This document shows positions 1 through 13,192 of a stretch of DNA of 64,000 bases, in pieces; within the stretch, counting starts at the first letter, position 1; each line of letters starts with the position of its first letter. Under the pieces are notes generated by a model, which was not told the DNA's origin, searched no databases, and saw only the letters and a list, made by a program, of their open reading frames with translations. Location: assembly GCA_964016885.1 (NCBI GenBank), contig OZ024743.1, positions 254,138,001-254,202,000 on the forward strand, given 5' to 3'. Made by a program: the position numbers and the translations under genes. The stretch is from Eledone cirrhosa. Lineage: Eukaryota.

Positions 1-325
1 GTGCGGATGCATTCATGTATATATGTGTGTGTCCGCATGTATCTGTGTGTTTCTAAATATATTAATAACTCCCTCTGGTCGAGCAATCTTTGAAGTGTGG
101 GGACAACTGGAAAGCTTCCATTACTCATACTTCTCGCCTTCTTCACTACCTCTTCTACGGCCTCGATATGAATGCCCCCTCCGCCTCCGTGGTATTTTCT
201 TCGTGGTTATAAGAGGCTTAGCTCTGTTTCTCGACCGTTATATCGCGTGACTGTCTCCCCCTCCGCCTTTTGGGATTCTTTCTCACGTCGTGTAGACGCG
301 TTCTTGAGACTAGTAAAATGAGGTA

Positions 326-413
326 TCCTCTTGATAAGTCGGCAGACCTCGCAAGGACTCTATATCTTTGATATATTGTTTTTGTTTATGCCACGAAACT
401 ACGTAGTCGAGGA
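326..413 (+). ncRNA. Type I hammerhead ribozyme, U3-A8 core variant (copy 1)
   Basis: Stem I TCCTC/GAGGA; core TTGATAA (331-337); stem II GT(C)GGCA...TGCCAC; GAAA 395-398; stem III palindrome ACTACGTAGT; GUC site, predicted cut after 408. Confidence 0.75.
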
Positions 414-916
414 ATTTAGGAACAGTTTAGGTATGATACATTTTATTACTAATTATATCTAAATGTTTCTTCTCTCTTCATAATGTATTTTTAACTCTGA
501 TACTGGTTCGGTCTGGTTCAAACTGAATTGGTCTGTCCCAGTCATTCATTGAGCAACATCGGTGAAGTTGGCACCCTTAACTCACAGTTGGGTGCGGATG
601 CATTCATGTATATATGTGTGTGTCCGCATGTATCTGTGTGTTTCTAAATATATTAATAACTCCCTCTGGTCGAGCAATCTTTGAAGTGTGGGGACAACTG
701 GAAAGCTTCCATTACTCATACTTCTCGCCTTCTTCACTACCTCTTCTACGGCCTCGATATGAATGCCCCCTCCGCCTCCGTGGTATTTTCTTCGTGGTTA
801 TAAGAGGCTTAGCTCTGTTTCTCGACCGTTATATCGCGTGACTGTCTCCCCCTCCGCCTTTTGGGATTCTTTCTCACGTCGTGTAGACGCGTTCTTGAGA
901 CTAGTAAAATGAGGTA

Positions 917-1004
917 TCCTCTTGATAAGTCGGCAGACCTCGCAAGGACTCTATATCTTTGATATATTGTTTTTGTTCATGCCACGAAACTACGTAGTCG
1001 AGGA
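917..1004 (+). ncRNA. Type I hammerhead ribozyme, U3-A8 core variant (copy 2)
   Basis: Same motif 591 bp downstream; predicted cut after 999. Confidence 0.75.
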
Positions 1005-1102
1005 ATTTAGGAACAGTTTAGGTATGATACATTTTATTACTAATTATATCTAAATGTTTCTTCTCTCTTCATAATGTATATATATATATATATATATATA
1101 TT

Positions 1103-1200
1103 TTATCTGGTGATTCTATAGACATATTTTATGATATATAGCTCTGATTATTTAATTTATTAATTCTTCATTGAGCCACAACGTGACCCGTTGCAAAACA
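1103..1200 (+). mobile_element. Terminal fragment of the HHR-bearing family seen at 57313-57415
   Basis: Shares TGATTCTATAGACAT...AATTTATTAATTCTTCATTGAGC...GTTGCAA with 57313-57415; flanked by TA runs. Confidence 0.65.
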
Positions 1201-2534
1201 CATATATATATCTATGACTTTATATATATATATAAATACATTTTTGACATGATAAGAAGTGTGCTAATTTAGCTGTTTTTCTTTTCTAAATATATTAGTC
1301 TGCTCCTATTGTATTCCTATTGGTTTTACAGCCAAACATTCTCAGATTCACTAATTTAGTACATGTAGAATAAAAAAAGTCCATAAGTATCGAGATAAAG
1401 CATAGTTATAAAAAGGAAATGAGGCAATAATATCAAAACTGCTAGAAATATCAGCTAAATCTCTCTCCAATCACACAACAACACTATAATTAGAGAAATA
1501 ATATACTGGTCACAGCTAAAAGGCTGAAGTTAAAGATCTGCTGGCACATGATTTAAACAACAACATACATACTTAAATTGAACTAATTTGGAGGGATTTA
1601 ATATCATAACTTTCTCAGTATTAAGCTGGTCTTTGGAACAACTTTGCCAAATATCAAGACTTGCCATCAAGACCTATGGTGACCTTGGTCCCTGAATAGC
1701 GATTTTCTTCTACTAAATTGAAAAAAGTACATCATTCTGACTGGGAATGTAGCCCCCTGAGGCTGAGTGGCTGATGTAGTAGACATTACTGGCTGTTTGC
1801 AGCAACAATGCCTTTGCCATTTTATAAATGAAATATATCACCTAGACTGGGGTTTAGAGTCTGATGCACCCTCCCATTTTACTTCTTACTTTCATTAATA
1901 TTTTTTATTGACAACATTATATAATTTCATTGCAATTTGTTTAATAAAATATATTCAACAGATCTGGTTTTTAGATATATAATACTTTGAAACAAACAAT
2001 TTTGTATTATAGAACCGAAGGCTGTATCAGGTTTAATATCTAAAGGCTTAACATGAGTGAAGGCTTTATATCATAGAACTGGAAGTGGTTTTGGCCAGCT
2101 TGGTAGTAAAAGGGTTAATGAAGGCTATATCAGAGTTCAGCTAAAACTAAATTATCACCATCTAGCGTGTTTTCTCAGTATTTGATTACTTACTTCTGTA
2201 CAATGTTGCTTGACAAAAAGAAATTTAACTTTCAAATCAACTGGAAGGTCATACATAGCACAATTTCCCCTGGAATAGTAATTAAAAACCTTTTAGCTAT
2301 AAAGTCTTTTCACCAGCAGTGCTGTTTTCTTTGCTAGCCAATGTCAAATAGAAATTCTCTCATGAATGGAATCATCTTCCACACACATATACACATCCAT
2401 TTATTATATTAATCAAATCCTAATATTTCATCCAACAAATATGAAGATCTCTTATTAATAAGTATAGAAGTGATATATGAATGTTCTTCACCTTTGTCAC
2501 GCTATATATATATATATATATATATATACATACA

Positions 2535-2581
<47 letters not shown>

Positions 2582-3009
2582 GCATGTATGCATGTAGAAA
2601 ATTCCTTCCTAAATATATGGTCGTGTTATTTGTGCCATTCTATTCACACTATTATTCTTCCTTTTCTTTAAATCATTGCCTCCAAAAGTGAAAGATCACA
2701 GTAATATGTGGAGATATAATCAAATTAATGTAAATGTAAGAAATATAGTTAAAGCTAGGATTAACCCTTTCATTAATTACCATGAAAGACACTGCCAGTG
2801 ATTTTCAAATAATTTTGAAAATATTCAAACATTTCTCATTATTAAACTGATGTTTCAATCATAAATTAACAAAGGCTTTCATTAAAAAAATATGTTAGAA
2901 GGTTCTTCGATAAATATAAATATTCTACTCTTTTCATCACCATATTTTCAATGGAATACACTGCCTGTGCCTTTCAAATAATTTTGAAAATAATCACAAG
3001 TAAAAACTA

Positions 3010-3360
3010 TTCCATGTGAGTGTCAGACTCTGCCAAGGGTGCATATTGTCACCTCCCCAATTCATAATCTTCATGAATGGGATTAACATGCACATGTGCA
3101 TTGGAGGTGGTGTCAAAACCATTTGGTATTGTATCAGTTGGCTGGAATTTGCTAACAACATGATACTACTTTCCTCATTAGAAGGTGATCTCCAACCTGA
3201 ATTTGAAAGGTTTGCTGCTCAACAAGAATGAAAATCATTGCAACAAAGACCAACATACTCATCATCTCAAGAAAGTTTGTGCAGTGCATTCTGCATGTGA
3301 ATGAATCAGATGCAAATGAAGCAAATGGAAAAGCTCAAGTATCTCAAAGCTGTTTTCTAA
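3010..3360 (+). pseudogene. Degenerate non-LTR retrotransposon RT fragment (RTE-like)
   Basis: Translation VRLCQGCILSPPQFIIFM...LEFANNMILL resembles the RT motifs QGCxLSP and FADD. Confidence 0.65.
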
Positions 3361-3543
3361 TTAGACCAAAGTATTCTATACTGAAATGAAAGTTATATGC
3401 CCAGATTAACCCAACCACCTGACTCTTGGCTGGTAGACTTAATCTGCTAACCAGTTTAACACCCCACCACAACCTGGCGTTTGGGTGGTAGACTTAATCC
3501 ATCACCCAGTTTTACACTATCTCCTAGCTCTTTGGATCTCTTC

Positions 3544-3723
3544 CATCAACCTCAAAGGCCATACAAAGTGTGATACGGTCCTTCTCATTAGTCTCAAACA
3601 CCCTTAAAAGTGTGAAGAGCTCTGTCCCATCAGTCTCAAAATCCCTGAAAATGGCATGGACTCTCTCCCATCAGTTTTCAAAGCACAGAAAAGGGACATT
3701 GTTTCTTCCTCATCAGTCTCAAA
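3544..3723. repeat. Degenerate 41-42 bp minisatellite, 5 units
   Basis: CATCAGTCTCAAA-like motif at 3544, 3586, 3628, 3669 and 3711. Confidence 0.7.
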
Positions 3724-4432
3724 GATTCAGAATAGTGCCATGGGCACTGTTATTCCTTCCCCAGTTTTGATGATGAGTATTCTAGTTTTTTTTTAATCAA
3801 TGAAGCATACTGCTTGGGAAATTAACATGCAAGTGGTTGAGGATTTTACAGACACATGAACCGATAACCCTTATATTATTATAGTTTTAGTAAAATAAAC
3901 CGTTTATGATTTTCAAATAATTTGGAAATAAGCAAGAAGCTGGAAAGAATTAGCAATATAACTAATTTTCTCATTATTAAGTTTGTGTTTGAAACATGAC
4001 AAAGGCTTTTACATAAAAATATAAAAGTATAATGGGATGTTTTTAGATAAATATAATAAATAAAAAAAGTTTTTTATCGTAGAACCAGGGATACTTTGGT
4101 ATCAAAATGGGTAAAGTAATTCTCAGGGAGATTTGATAAATCATTAAACAAATATACATCATAATATTGTTATTTCTAACATACCAGATATAACAACAGA
4201 TACTCAAGTGTATTTAAATACAACTATGATATTCGAACTCCTGAAACTATCATCAATTCTAAGAGAAAAACATATTTATATAATAAAAATATATTCATGA
4301 TATCAGCAATCTATGTGATTCAAAAAACCAACTATGTTTATATTTGTTAAGTATGTATTCAAGAGTGATGTATTTTTCTGATTATTAAATTTCTTCACTT
4401 TCACAAATATATATATACTGTATATAATTATG

Positions 4433-4467
<35 letters not shown>

Positions 4468-6905
4468 ACCTGAGGAAATTTCCACTTGTATTTGCCACAA
4501 ACAAAATTTCAAGCAATTTTTGAAGTAAACATTCCCATTAATAAATAAAATAATAATGATATTTCTTATGAAAAAAAAATTGTTTGGTAAATCATATAAT
4601 TATATTGAATGTAAACAATCAAAGAGGAGAACAGCACCCATCAAAAGGTCAATAAAACGTTATGTAATAAATTAGAGTTGTTTTGCTGTGCCTATCTGTA
4701 TGAATAACCTGCATTATTACAAATGTACAGGTTTGTTCTTCAGAAAATTTAATACATATATTTAGATATATTATCGCAAACAGTTGGAGATATCATGCAA
4801 CTGTTTACCTTTAATCTGATAAATCTGTAGAAATAAAACAGAAATATTGTGATCACATTTATATTTGTTCAGAAATATTTCTCATTATTTCATTTACTAT
4901 CCATTTCTAAATATTTTTTCTCTTTATTTATTTTTTTATTGTCAAACATAAGCAAATTATTTGGAAATAATACATTGAAGCTACAAGGAAACAAGTTATA
5001 AATGTGAATTATTCTAAACTATTCTAAACCTAAATTGCCTTCTATTTGTTGGCAGTCTTCTATAGATTGTTTGTATTCAGTTACACTGAAGTTGAATAGA
5101 AAGTTTATATCTATTTAGCACATCGTGAGGTATAGAAAGCGACTATAACAGTTGGAGATTTTCTCACAGATGGAATATAAAACTAAAATAAGTGAATTAG
5201 GATAGTGTAAGTGACTGAAACATTAGAATATGATAAGCTAAAAATTATAGCAATATTCAGTTCTTGCTTTCTATGATCTAGGTTCAAATCTCATTTGGAG
5301 TTTAATGAAACCTTCCAAATATCAGTAATACACTGCTTTCAGGCAGCAAAATGGTTATTACAACATCAGATAGAATGCTCTGTAATATTTTTTCTGGCTT
5401 TCTGCATTCTGGTTTCAAAGCTTACCAAGGGTAACTTTGACTTTGATCTATTTGAGGTTGATAGAAAAGTACCAATCCAGTACTAGCATTGATCCTTCCC
5501 CCATATGTCTTTCTCTCACTTTTCTTCTTACTCCCTCTGTTTCTCCTCCTCTCTTTCTTTTTTTCTGTTTCTCTGTATCTTTCTGGAAGAAATCAGCTAT
5601 GTTCAGACCTGGAGAGGGGATGGGCTTTGGTAGCTTTTAAGATATCCAAGACAAACTGTATATCACCACAGTTCCCTACAACTCCATCAGGAGTTACAGA
5701 TTTTTACAATACAAAAACAAAATACACTTTTTAATCTTTTTTTTTTACTAGTTTCAGTCATTAGACTGTGCTGAAGTACAAACTTCAATGGATTTAGTTG
5801 ATTATGTTGATCCCAGTACATATATTTTTTAAGTTGGGTACTTATTTTATTGGAACAGCTTCCTCATTAAATTAGTCAATGAAACTGCTTCCTCTTTGAA
5901 TTATCATGGAGAGGCAGAGCACTCCAGATATACGTCCACCTTTAACATAATTCTCAGAAAAATCAACTGGACACAGTATGTGACAAGGAGGGTTCTTTGA
6001 ATTACAGGTAGAGGTCATTTGACAGGCTTTCTAGTAATGTCTGCCTATCCAATTTCATTCACAAGGTTTGATTTGAACTGAGGCTTTGGTAAATGATCCT
6101 TGTAACATTTTGTGATGCATTTTATCCAACACACTAATGACTCTGCCACTCATATACCTAACACACACACACATATACATAGGCAAAATCAAACATTGTG
6201 TGATTTTTCTGGACATGTTAGATGAAAATCTTCAGCACTATTTCATCAAATTATAAATATTTCTATACTTACTATACTAAATAAATATATTCTAATGATA
6301 TTCCAACACATGACATCACATAAAAACTATGTTTGTTTATTTCATTTTATTTTAATACATAGATAGTTTCCAGCATATCTTGTTTACCCCAACCATATAA
6401 AACTTTACACCCCCACCACAGAACCACCACCACGACCAGGTGCCATCCACTGGCACCAACCTCCGCTACCTGTACCTGTCACAAGTCTAAACAAGCAATG
6501 AAACATTTTATATCCAATTACACTGGATATAAATCAAAGTGATAAAAATTCTTTGAAGTTCTCATAAAATACAAATAAACAATGTTGCTGTAATTTCTCA
6601 ATAATTAACGAAAAAGATGATATATTTAAATGACGAGATGATTATCTAACCAGCAATGATTTATTTTATTTTATTATTACTATTTTCATAAAAAAAAAAA
6701 AAGAAATTACGAAGTCTGTAGTCAATCCTGTATTATTTTTAATATTTTTCCATGAAATGACGTAAACAAAGTAAACCATACTTTCACTCGAGACTAGAGT
6801 TAGTTAAAAGTAACTCTTTTATTACTATATTTCTAATCCAAGATCTTGTCTATGAAAACAATGACGAATTTGGACGATTTTCATGATGTAACTAATTTCT
6901 CATTA

Positions 6906-7127
6906 TTAACCCTTTTCTTTACCATTTTTCTTTTGAAAGACACTGACTATGATTTACAAATAATCTTGAAAATCATCAAGAGTTTTGAGAAATTAAGTAA
7001 TAAAAATAGCTTTCTTATTATTATTATTCTTATTATTGGTGTTTGGAGTAAAACGTAGATTCTTACATAAACTTAATCAAAGTAGTACAAGAGGTCGTTT
7101 CAGGTTATTTAGTATCAAAGGGATTAA
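6906..7127 (+). mobile_element. piggyBac-like MITE (degenerate)
   Basis: Begins TTAACCCTTT and ends AAAGGGATTAA; body related to 47459-47744, 2761-3000 and 1900-2118. Confidence 0.5.
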
Positions 7128-7219
7128 AGTCTCAATTCCATAGGCTCACATTAGGCTGGAACTTATCCTTTCCATTTTGATATTGTTTTATTTAAATCAT
7201 CTTGCCTTCCTGTGATGAA

Positions 7220-7293
<74 letters not shown>

Positions 7294-8011
7294 GAGAGAT
7301 AGAGAGAGAAGGAGGGAGTTTAACAAGAGTCAGTATTTAGTTTGAAATTTCGGTGCTACGGGCATATTTGTGTGTGTATGGGTGTGTGTGTGTATGTATG
7401 TTTATATATACTGGTAGTTCTTGTAACAATCTATGTCTACATTTATGTAATATATATGTTTCCATTACACCCCTTGTCTGGTTTGGTCACAGCTGAGGGA
7501 AAATGTTCTAGGCGGAAAATCATTGTCATTCATGACCAAAGTGGATATGCAATTACTGAGCATTTGCAAAGATACCAAAATACAGAACCTTAAAAATGTT
7601 ATAAGTGAACAATCTAATCTATTAATTCCAAGGTGTAATATTTCTAATTTATTAGTCATTATGTAAGGATGATTCCCAACAATATCTATTCAGTTATTCG
7701 TGTGTGTTTATAAAATCCATCTGAGAAATATCAGAATATCCAATCCAATTATGCTTCAATAGATAAAGGATTATTTGATAGAGAAGGAGGAATTTGAGTG
7801 AAGTAGATTACATGGTATTAAAATATTACAACAATGTTCAGCAGTATGTTTGTCTAGTATTCAGAGATATTAGATGTTGATAGGAATTATGTTATATGTA
7901 TTTATATATATATATATATGTACATATACACACATATATACATATATATATATACATATACATATATACACACACACATATATATGTGTGTGTGTGTGTG
8001 TGTCTGTGTAA

Positions 8012-8125
8012 AGGGATGTGGCTAATGGTTAGAGAACTGGATTTGCAATCATGAAGTTGTTAGTTCGATTCCTGGACCGGGCGATGCGTTATGTCCTTGA
8101 GCAAGACTCTTTATTTCACGTTGCT
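8012..8125 (+). mobile_element. tRNA-derived SINE head
   Basis: A-box-like TGGCTAATGG and B-box GTTCGATTCC, followed by TCCTTGAGCAAGAC as at 35861-36000. Confidence 0.7.
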
Positions 8126-8759
8126 TCTTCTACCTGGAGATGCAACCAATAGATAGTATTAACAATTGGAAAGACCAACGGAAACATTGTTTCCTCGGCC
8201 CGATTGGACGAAAGTCGATCGATAAAAAAAATTGTCTGTGTGTGCGTATATATGTTGTGTCTCCCTTCAAAAGCTTTGTCATGTCCTTGTTATAACTGAC
8301 GTCCTCTCAATCCGCTATTGGCATAGTCTCTACAACTGGATGCCCTTCATATCACCACCACTGTACAGAACCAAGAATTGTAAAATACAAATGGACACAA
8401 TTACAAGAAAGTTCTGGGGTTGATATGATCATCTAAATCACTTGAAGGTGATACCCCTACATGGAATTTAGCAAATGACTGGAAACAGTAGAATAGAATT
8501 AAAAAAAATATATGTATGCATTCTCCACCGCCCAACATGCGTGCCAACCTACTCGTCTATGCTCCTCAGGCATCTTAAATTATTCTTCCCAACTTTCCAA
8601 ACTCAATCGTTCCAATCCTCCCTCCCTCTCGCTCTCTCTCGAAAGTTGCTATTTCCTGGACAAGGACATATGTCTAATATGTTGAAACATTTATTTACTT
8701 CTTCCCGAGCATGAACCTAATAAACCCTTATGTTTTTGTATCTCTGTGTTTGTCCTGTT

Positions 8760-8859
<100 letters not shown>

Positions 8860-9484
8860 TAGCGTGGAAGATAGACGTTAAACGATGATGATATATATAA
8901 CATATATATATATATATATATATCTATGCACATATATATATATACATACATACACACATCTAAGCACATGCACATGCACATTCTCACACACATACAAACT
9001 ATTTAAATTTCAATTTGCTCTGTATATTAAAAGACACAGCTTATAATAGTGGACATTTCCAGATTACGAGAAAGTCATCATGATAAAATTTTACAGTGGC
9101 CTTCATTAATATCTCACTATGAAATACTGCAAATTTACTACCAGGTTTTATTGAAATTTTATAGAAATGAAATATTATATGGCAGACAAATAAAATAATA
9201 AACTAGAGACTGTAACAAGAAACGGAAGATTCAACACAACAAATTTAAAAAGTCTCCGATTGACTGGCTGGCCTTTTCAAATGTCTTCTATATATTCCCC
9301 CATGTGACATCATTATTTCATTTATAGACTAGCTAGTCACGAAGACATTTCAATTTATATATACATATATATATAAATATATGTATGTGTGTAAATATAT
9401 ATGTAAAAGTACATACATGTATGCACATAATATGTATATATAAATATATACATACATACATGTATGTATGTATGTATGTATGTA

Positions 9485-9520
<36 letters not shown>

Positions 9521-9809
9521 CAAATCGTAGGCAACCACAATTCCGGTTTGTATTTATTTTCTTAATTTTTTCTGAAATTGAGACAAGCAAATCCAATTGT
9601 CTATAGTTAGTATTATTTTCACCTTAGCGAATCAGGTCCCATACGATTTGAACACATATATCTATATATCTGTGTTCGTTTTTCTTTTATATTCTATTAT
9701 AATATACGGCTCAGAAATATCTCTTTCTTAGAGCTATTTTGTTGTAAGAGACTATTTTGAGTTCCTAACTCAATATATACCTTTGAAATATATATATATA
9801 TATATATAT

Positions 9810-10455
9810 CATCATCATCGTTTAACGTCTATCTTGCACGCTTGCATGGGTTTGGACGGGTGTTTTCCCACTTGAGGCAGGATTGGTTGTCCTGCTCGTA
9901 TAGGACTATCTGGCGGGTTTTCTACGACTGGATGCCCTTCCTAACACCAACCACGTTTACAGTGTGGACTGGGAGGTTTTTACCGTGTTACCTATATGGC
10001 CACATTACAGAGTGGACTGTGTGTTTTTTGTCGTGACAACTACACGACCTCATTTGTTTCGGAATGGATGTTGTGGTACCAACATAACTTCACATTTAAG
10101 GGGGGGGGGGGGTATTTTTGTTAGAGGTGCCTACTTTGTACTTAGGAAAAGGCGAGGCGGGTCTTCTGTATTACTGTGTAGCGCCAAAGATCTCGGTCTA
10201 GTGACATTGTCTTGGAGAGGTGTAAGTGTGTGAGGTCGGAATTTATCAAGTCGTCCCAGGTTTTTCTGGGTCTGCCTACTCCGTGGCTACCGTCTGTTTT
10301 TATCGCCCTGCACTTTTTTATAGCTGTCGTCTTTCATGCGCATCACGTGACCGTACCAACGTAGTTTTCTCTCGAGTAAACAACATCTAATCCCTCTTAT
10401 TCCTTCCTAATTTCTCCCTTAGTTCGTTTATGCTTTGCCGTTCACGTATATTACG
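9810..10455 (-). mobile_element. RTE LINE 3' fragment
   Basis: Reverse complement of the 3' end of 14410-16930 (WYGHVMRMKDD-type motif, 3' UTR, (GAT)n tail). Confidence 0.85.
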
Positions 10456-10461
10456 ATATAT

Positions 10462-10885
10462 ATATATTAATAAAAGAAATTCCAACTTTGTCTGATTTAC
10501 TCGTTTTATTTACAATCCTTTAAAATGTATAATGGTATTAGAATGAAATAGTATGGTAGAATATTAAATGTTAAGTGTTAATTGAACAAGTACTTTCATG
10601 CTTTCGCAATCTTCAGGTTCATAATATGTGGTGACAGTCAAGTTTGCAATTTTCAACTGCAAACTTGACTGTCACCACACATTATGAACCTGAAGATTGC
10701 GAAAGTATGAAAGTACTTGTTCAATTAACACTTAACATTTAATATTCTACCCTACTATTTCATTCTAATACCATTATAAATTTTAAAGGATTGTAAATAA
10801 AACGAGTAAATCAGACAAAGTTGGAATTCCTTTTATTAATATATTCTTCTATACACAATCATACACACCCGTGTATATTTATCTA
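10462..10885. mobile_element. Fold-back element: 187-bp inverted arms, 9-nt loop, one-sided 40-nt tail, between TA runs
   Basis: 10462-10648 is the reverse complement of 10658-10844, with about 5 mismatches counted by eye. Confidence 0.9.
10685..10723 (+). ncRNA. Minimal type I hammerhead motif (mirror copy at 10583-10621 on the minus strand)
   Basis: TGAAC CTGAAGA T-TGC-GAAA-GTA-T GAAA GTAC TT GTTCA: 5-bp stem I, GNRA-capped stem II, palindromic stem III AGTACT, CUU site. Confidence 0.65.
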
Positions 10886-11568
10886 TATATATATACGGGG
10901 TAACAGATTATTGTTATAGGTAGTCCACTTAAATGTAGTCCAGTTATGGTACTCCGGGTAGTGGATGATATCAACGCTTGGCTAAGTTTGACTGAACAAG
11001 GCGTTTCCATAGTGATGCTGCGAGTACGCTGTAATTCCTATGTTGTAAACACTTGGAGTAATGATAAATCAGGAAAGAAGAGTGACACGGTTTGCTATAC
11101 AAAAAAGGTTTTTAATCTCATTGCTGACAATTGTTTCTCTGAACTGGTAGGTCTAGAGATCGCTACCCGCTTATTTTCACGTTATTCGATCACCAATACG
11201 AAGTTATAACCAATCAATTCATCGGAGCTTGTGATAATGAAAAGAATATACAGGCATGGCTACTATATATAGTAGAAATGACATTCAACCAGAATAATAA
11301 CAACAATACTAAGAATGCTAGCTATAAATTATTTGAAATAATCACAACATCAATCTAGGTGGGAAGTATAGAACTTTACCTTCCTCCTGTTATAATTATA
11401 GTCAGCATGTTTTCTCTTTATATGTATGTATATATATGTATGTATATACATGTTTGTGTGCATGTATGTATATATATATATATATTGCCTCCTTAACCTT
11501 TGTATTAACTTGCCCATTATATTGCTACTCTGTTAATGTTTTCTTATACATGTATGTTATTGATGATG

Positions 11569-12658
11569 AAAATGGCCTTGCTCAGAATGTAGGAAAGGTG
11601 TAGGTAGGAACTCCATTCTCTGCCCCAAATGCAAACAATGGGTACACAAGAGATGTAGCGGGATCTCAGGAAGCTTAATTAAGAATGTAGGCTTCACATG
11701 CAGCAGCTGTGCTGGGACAGCAAGCAGCAAAGACCCACAGGAAACAAGTACCACCAATCTCTGGGAGGGCTCTGTAGAAACAGTACACAGCTTCTATTAC
11801 TTAGGTGACCGAATTAGCAGCCGAGGTGGGTGTTCAGAAAGTACAATAACTAGGGTAAGAACGGGATGGAAGAAGTTTAGGCAACTACTACCACTGCTAG
11901 CTGCAAAAGGCTTCTCCCTCAAAATGAAAGGCAGACTGTATGATGCGTGTATCCGAACAGCGATGTTGCATGGTAGTGAGACCTGGGCGCTGAAGGTGAA
12001 AGACTTACGTAGATTAGAGAGAAACGAAGCCTGCATGCTCCGATGGATGTGTAATAGTAATATACGCGAACGACAAAGCATAAATGAATTGAGAGAGAGA
12101 CTGAGCATAAGAGGAATCAAATGCTGTGTGCAGGAGAGGCGGATGCGTTGGTATGGACATGTGATGCGTATGAAGGATGCCAGCTGCATAAAAAGGTGCA
12201 GAGCACTAGAAGTCGATGAAAACCGCGGAGTGGGGAGACCCAAGATGACCTGGGATGAGGTGATAAAAGCCGACCTTACCCAATTACACCTCTCAAAGGC
12301 GATCGTGACCTCTGGCGTCACGCAGTAATACAGAGTACCCGACCTCCCATGGGTACAAGCTGAAGCATATAGACAATGTCCCCCACCCCCCACTGCAAGG
12401 TGGTCGTGGAGGTGTCACGGCAAAAAAGCACTCAGCCCACACTGTAAAGTGGATGTGTAGGCGCCACGAAAAAGCACCCAGCACTCACTGTAAATGAGGT
12501 TGGTGTTATGAAGGGCATCCAGCCGTAGAAATCAAGCCAAATCAGTTCCTGTATGAGCAAGGCATGGTCAGCCGACCAGACACTGCCCACAACAGGACAA
12601 CCCGTCTAACCCATGCTAGCGTGGAAGAACGGACGTAAAACGGTGATGATGATGATGA
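11569..12658 (+). mobile_element. 5'-truncated RTE LINE (PHD-type finger, C-terminal region, 3' UTR)
   Basis: ORF 11924-12328 (GRLYDAC...HGSETW...RWYGHVMRM...GRPKMTW); (GAT)n tail. Confidence 0.9.
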
Positions 12659-13022
12659 AAGCTAGACAACCTTTTCATCTAATATAGACCACACAAATCT
12701 CACTACAGTGATAAATTCTTCATCTGTCAGATAATAAACGATTCTTACGGCCACCAGACCTACATTGTTTAAAGACACCGGCTTATCTTTACACTAGATA
12801 TAATACACCCCATGACTGCTTTTACATGTCAATTTTATACATCTGCCTCATGTCAGTTAGTTTTACACGCTAAAATCATAGATATACTATACTTCCCACC
12901 TAGATTGATGTTGTGATTATTTCAAATAATTTATTGCTAGAATTGTTAGTATTGTTGTTATTATTCTGATTGAATGCATTTACTACTATATATAGTAGCC
13001 ATGCCTGCATATTCTTTACATT

Positions 13023-13141
13023 CTCACTAGCTCCGATGAATTGACTGGTTATAACTTTGTATTGGTGATCGAATAACGTGAAAATAAGCGGGTAGCGATC
13101 TCTAGACCTACCAGTTCAGAGAAACAATTGTCAGCAATGAG
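13023..13141 (+). ncRNA. Candidate hammerhead with long stem II insert and CCGATGA core (probably degenerate)
   Basis: GCT CCGATGA ATTGACTGGT...ACCAGTTCAGA GAAA CAATTG TC AGC; palindromic stem III ACAATTGT, GUC site. Confidence 0.45.
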
Positions 13142-13192
13142 ATTAAAAAGCTTTTTTGTATAGCAAACCGTGTCACTCTTCTTTCCTGATTC

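Larger units (their letters stand above)
1..1079 (+). repeat. 591-bp tandem duplication (about 1.8 visible units) carrying one hammerhead motif per unit; retrozyme/PLE pseudo-LTR-like
   Basis: Sequence from 1 recurs at 592; identical ORFs at 23 and 614 give a period of 591. One substitution seen (T387 vs C978). The second unit ends in (TA)n, and the array may extend upstream of the window. Confidence 0.9.

Noticed and set aside
23-841. Duplicated 75-aa ORF
   Set aside because: A by-product of the 591-bp tandem; no recognisable domain.
3544-3723. CRISPR-like repeat-spacer appearance
   Set aside because: Eukaryotic context, only a 13-nt degenerate motif, spacers partly similar to each other, no cas genes.
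4809-4845. Minus-strand splice acceptor (TTTCTGTTTTATTTCTACAG) with possible 16-nt or terminal exon
   Set aside because: No supporting reading frame or partner exon; such motifs arise by chance in AT-rich DNA.
8012-8085. tRNA gene (also 35861-35930)
   Set aside because: A/B boxes run into SINE body sequence with no complete cloverleaf; these are SINE heads.
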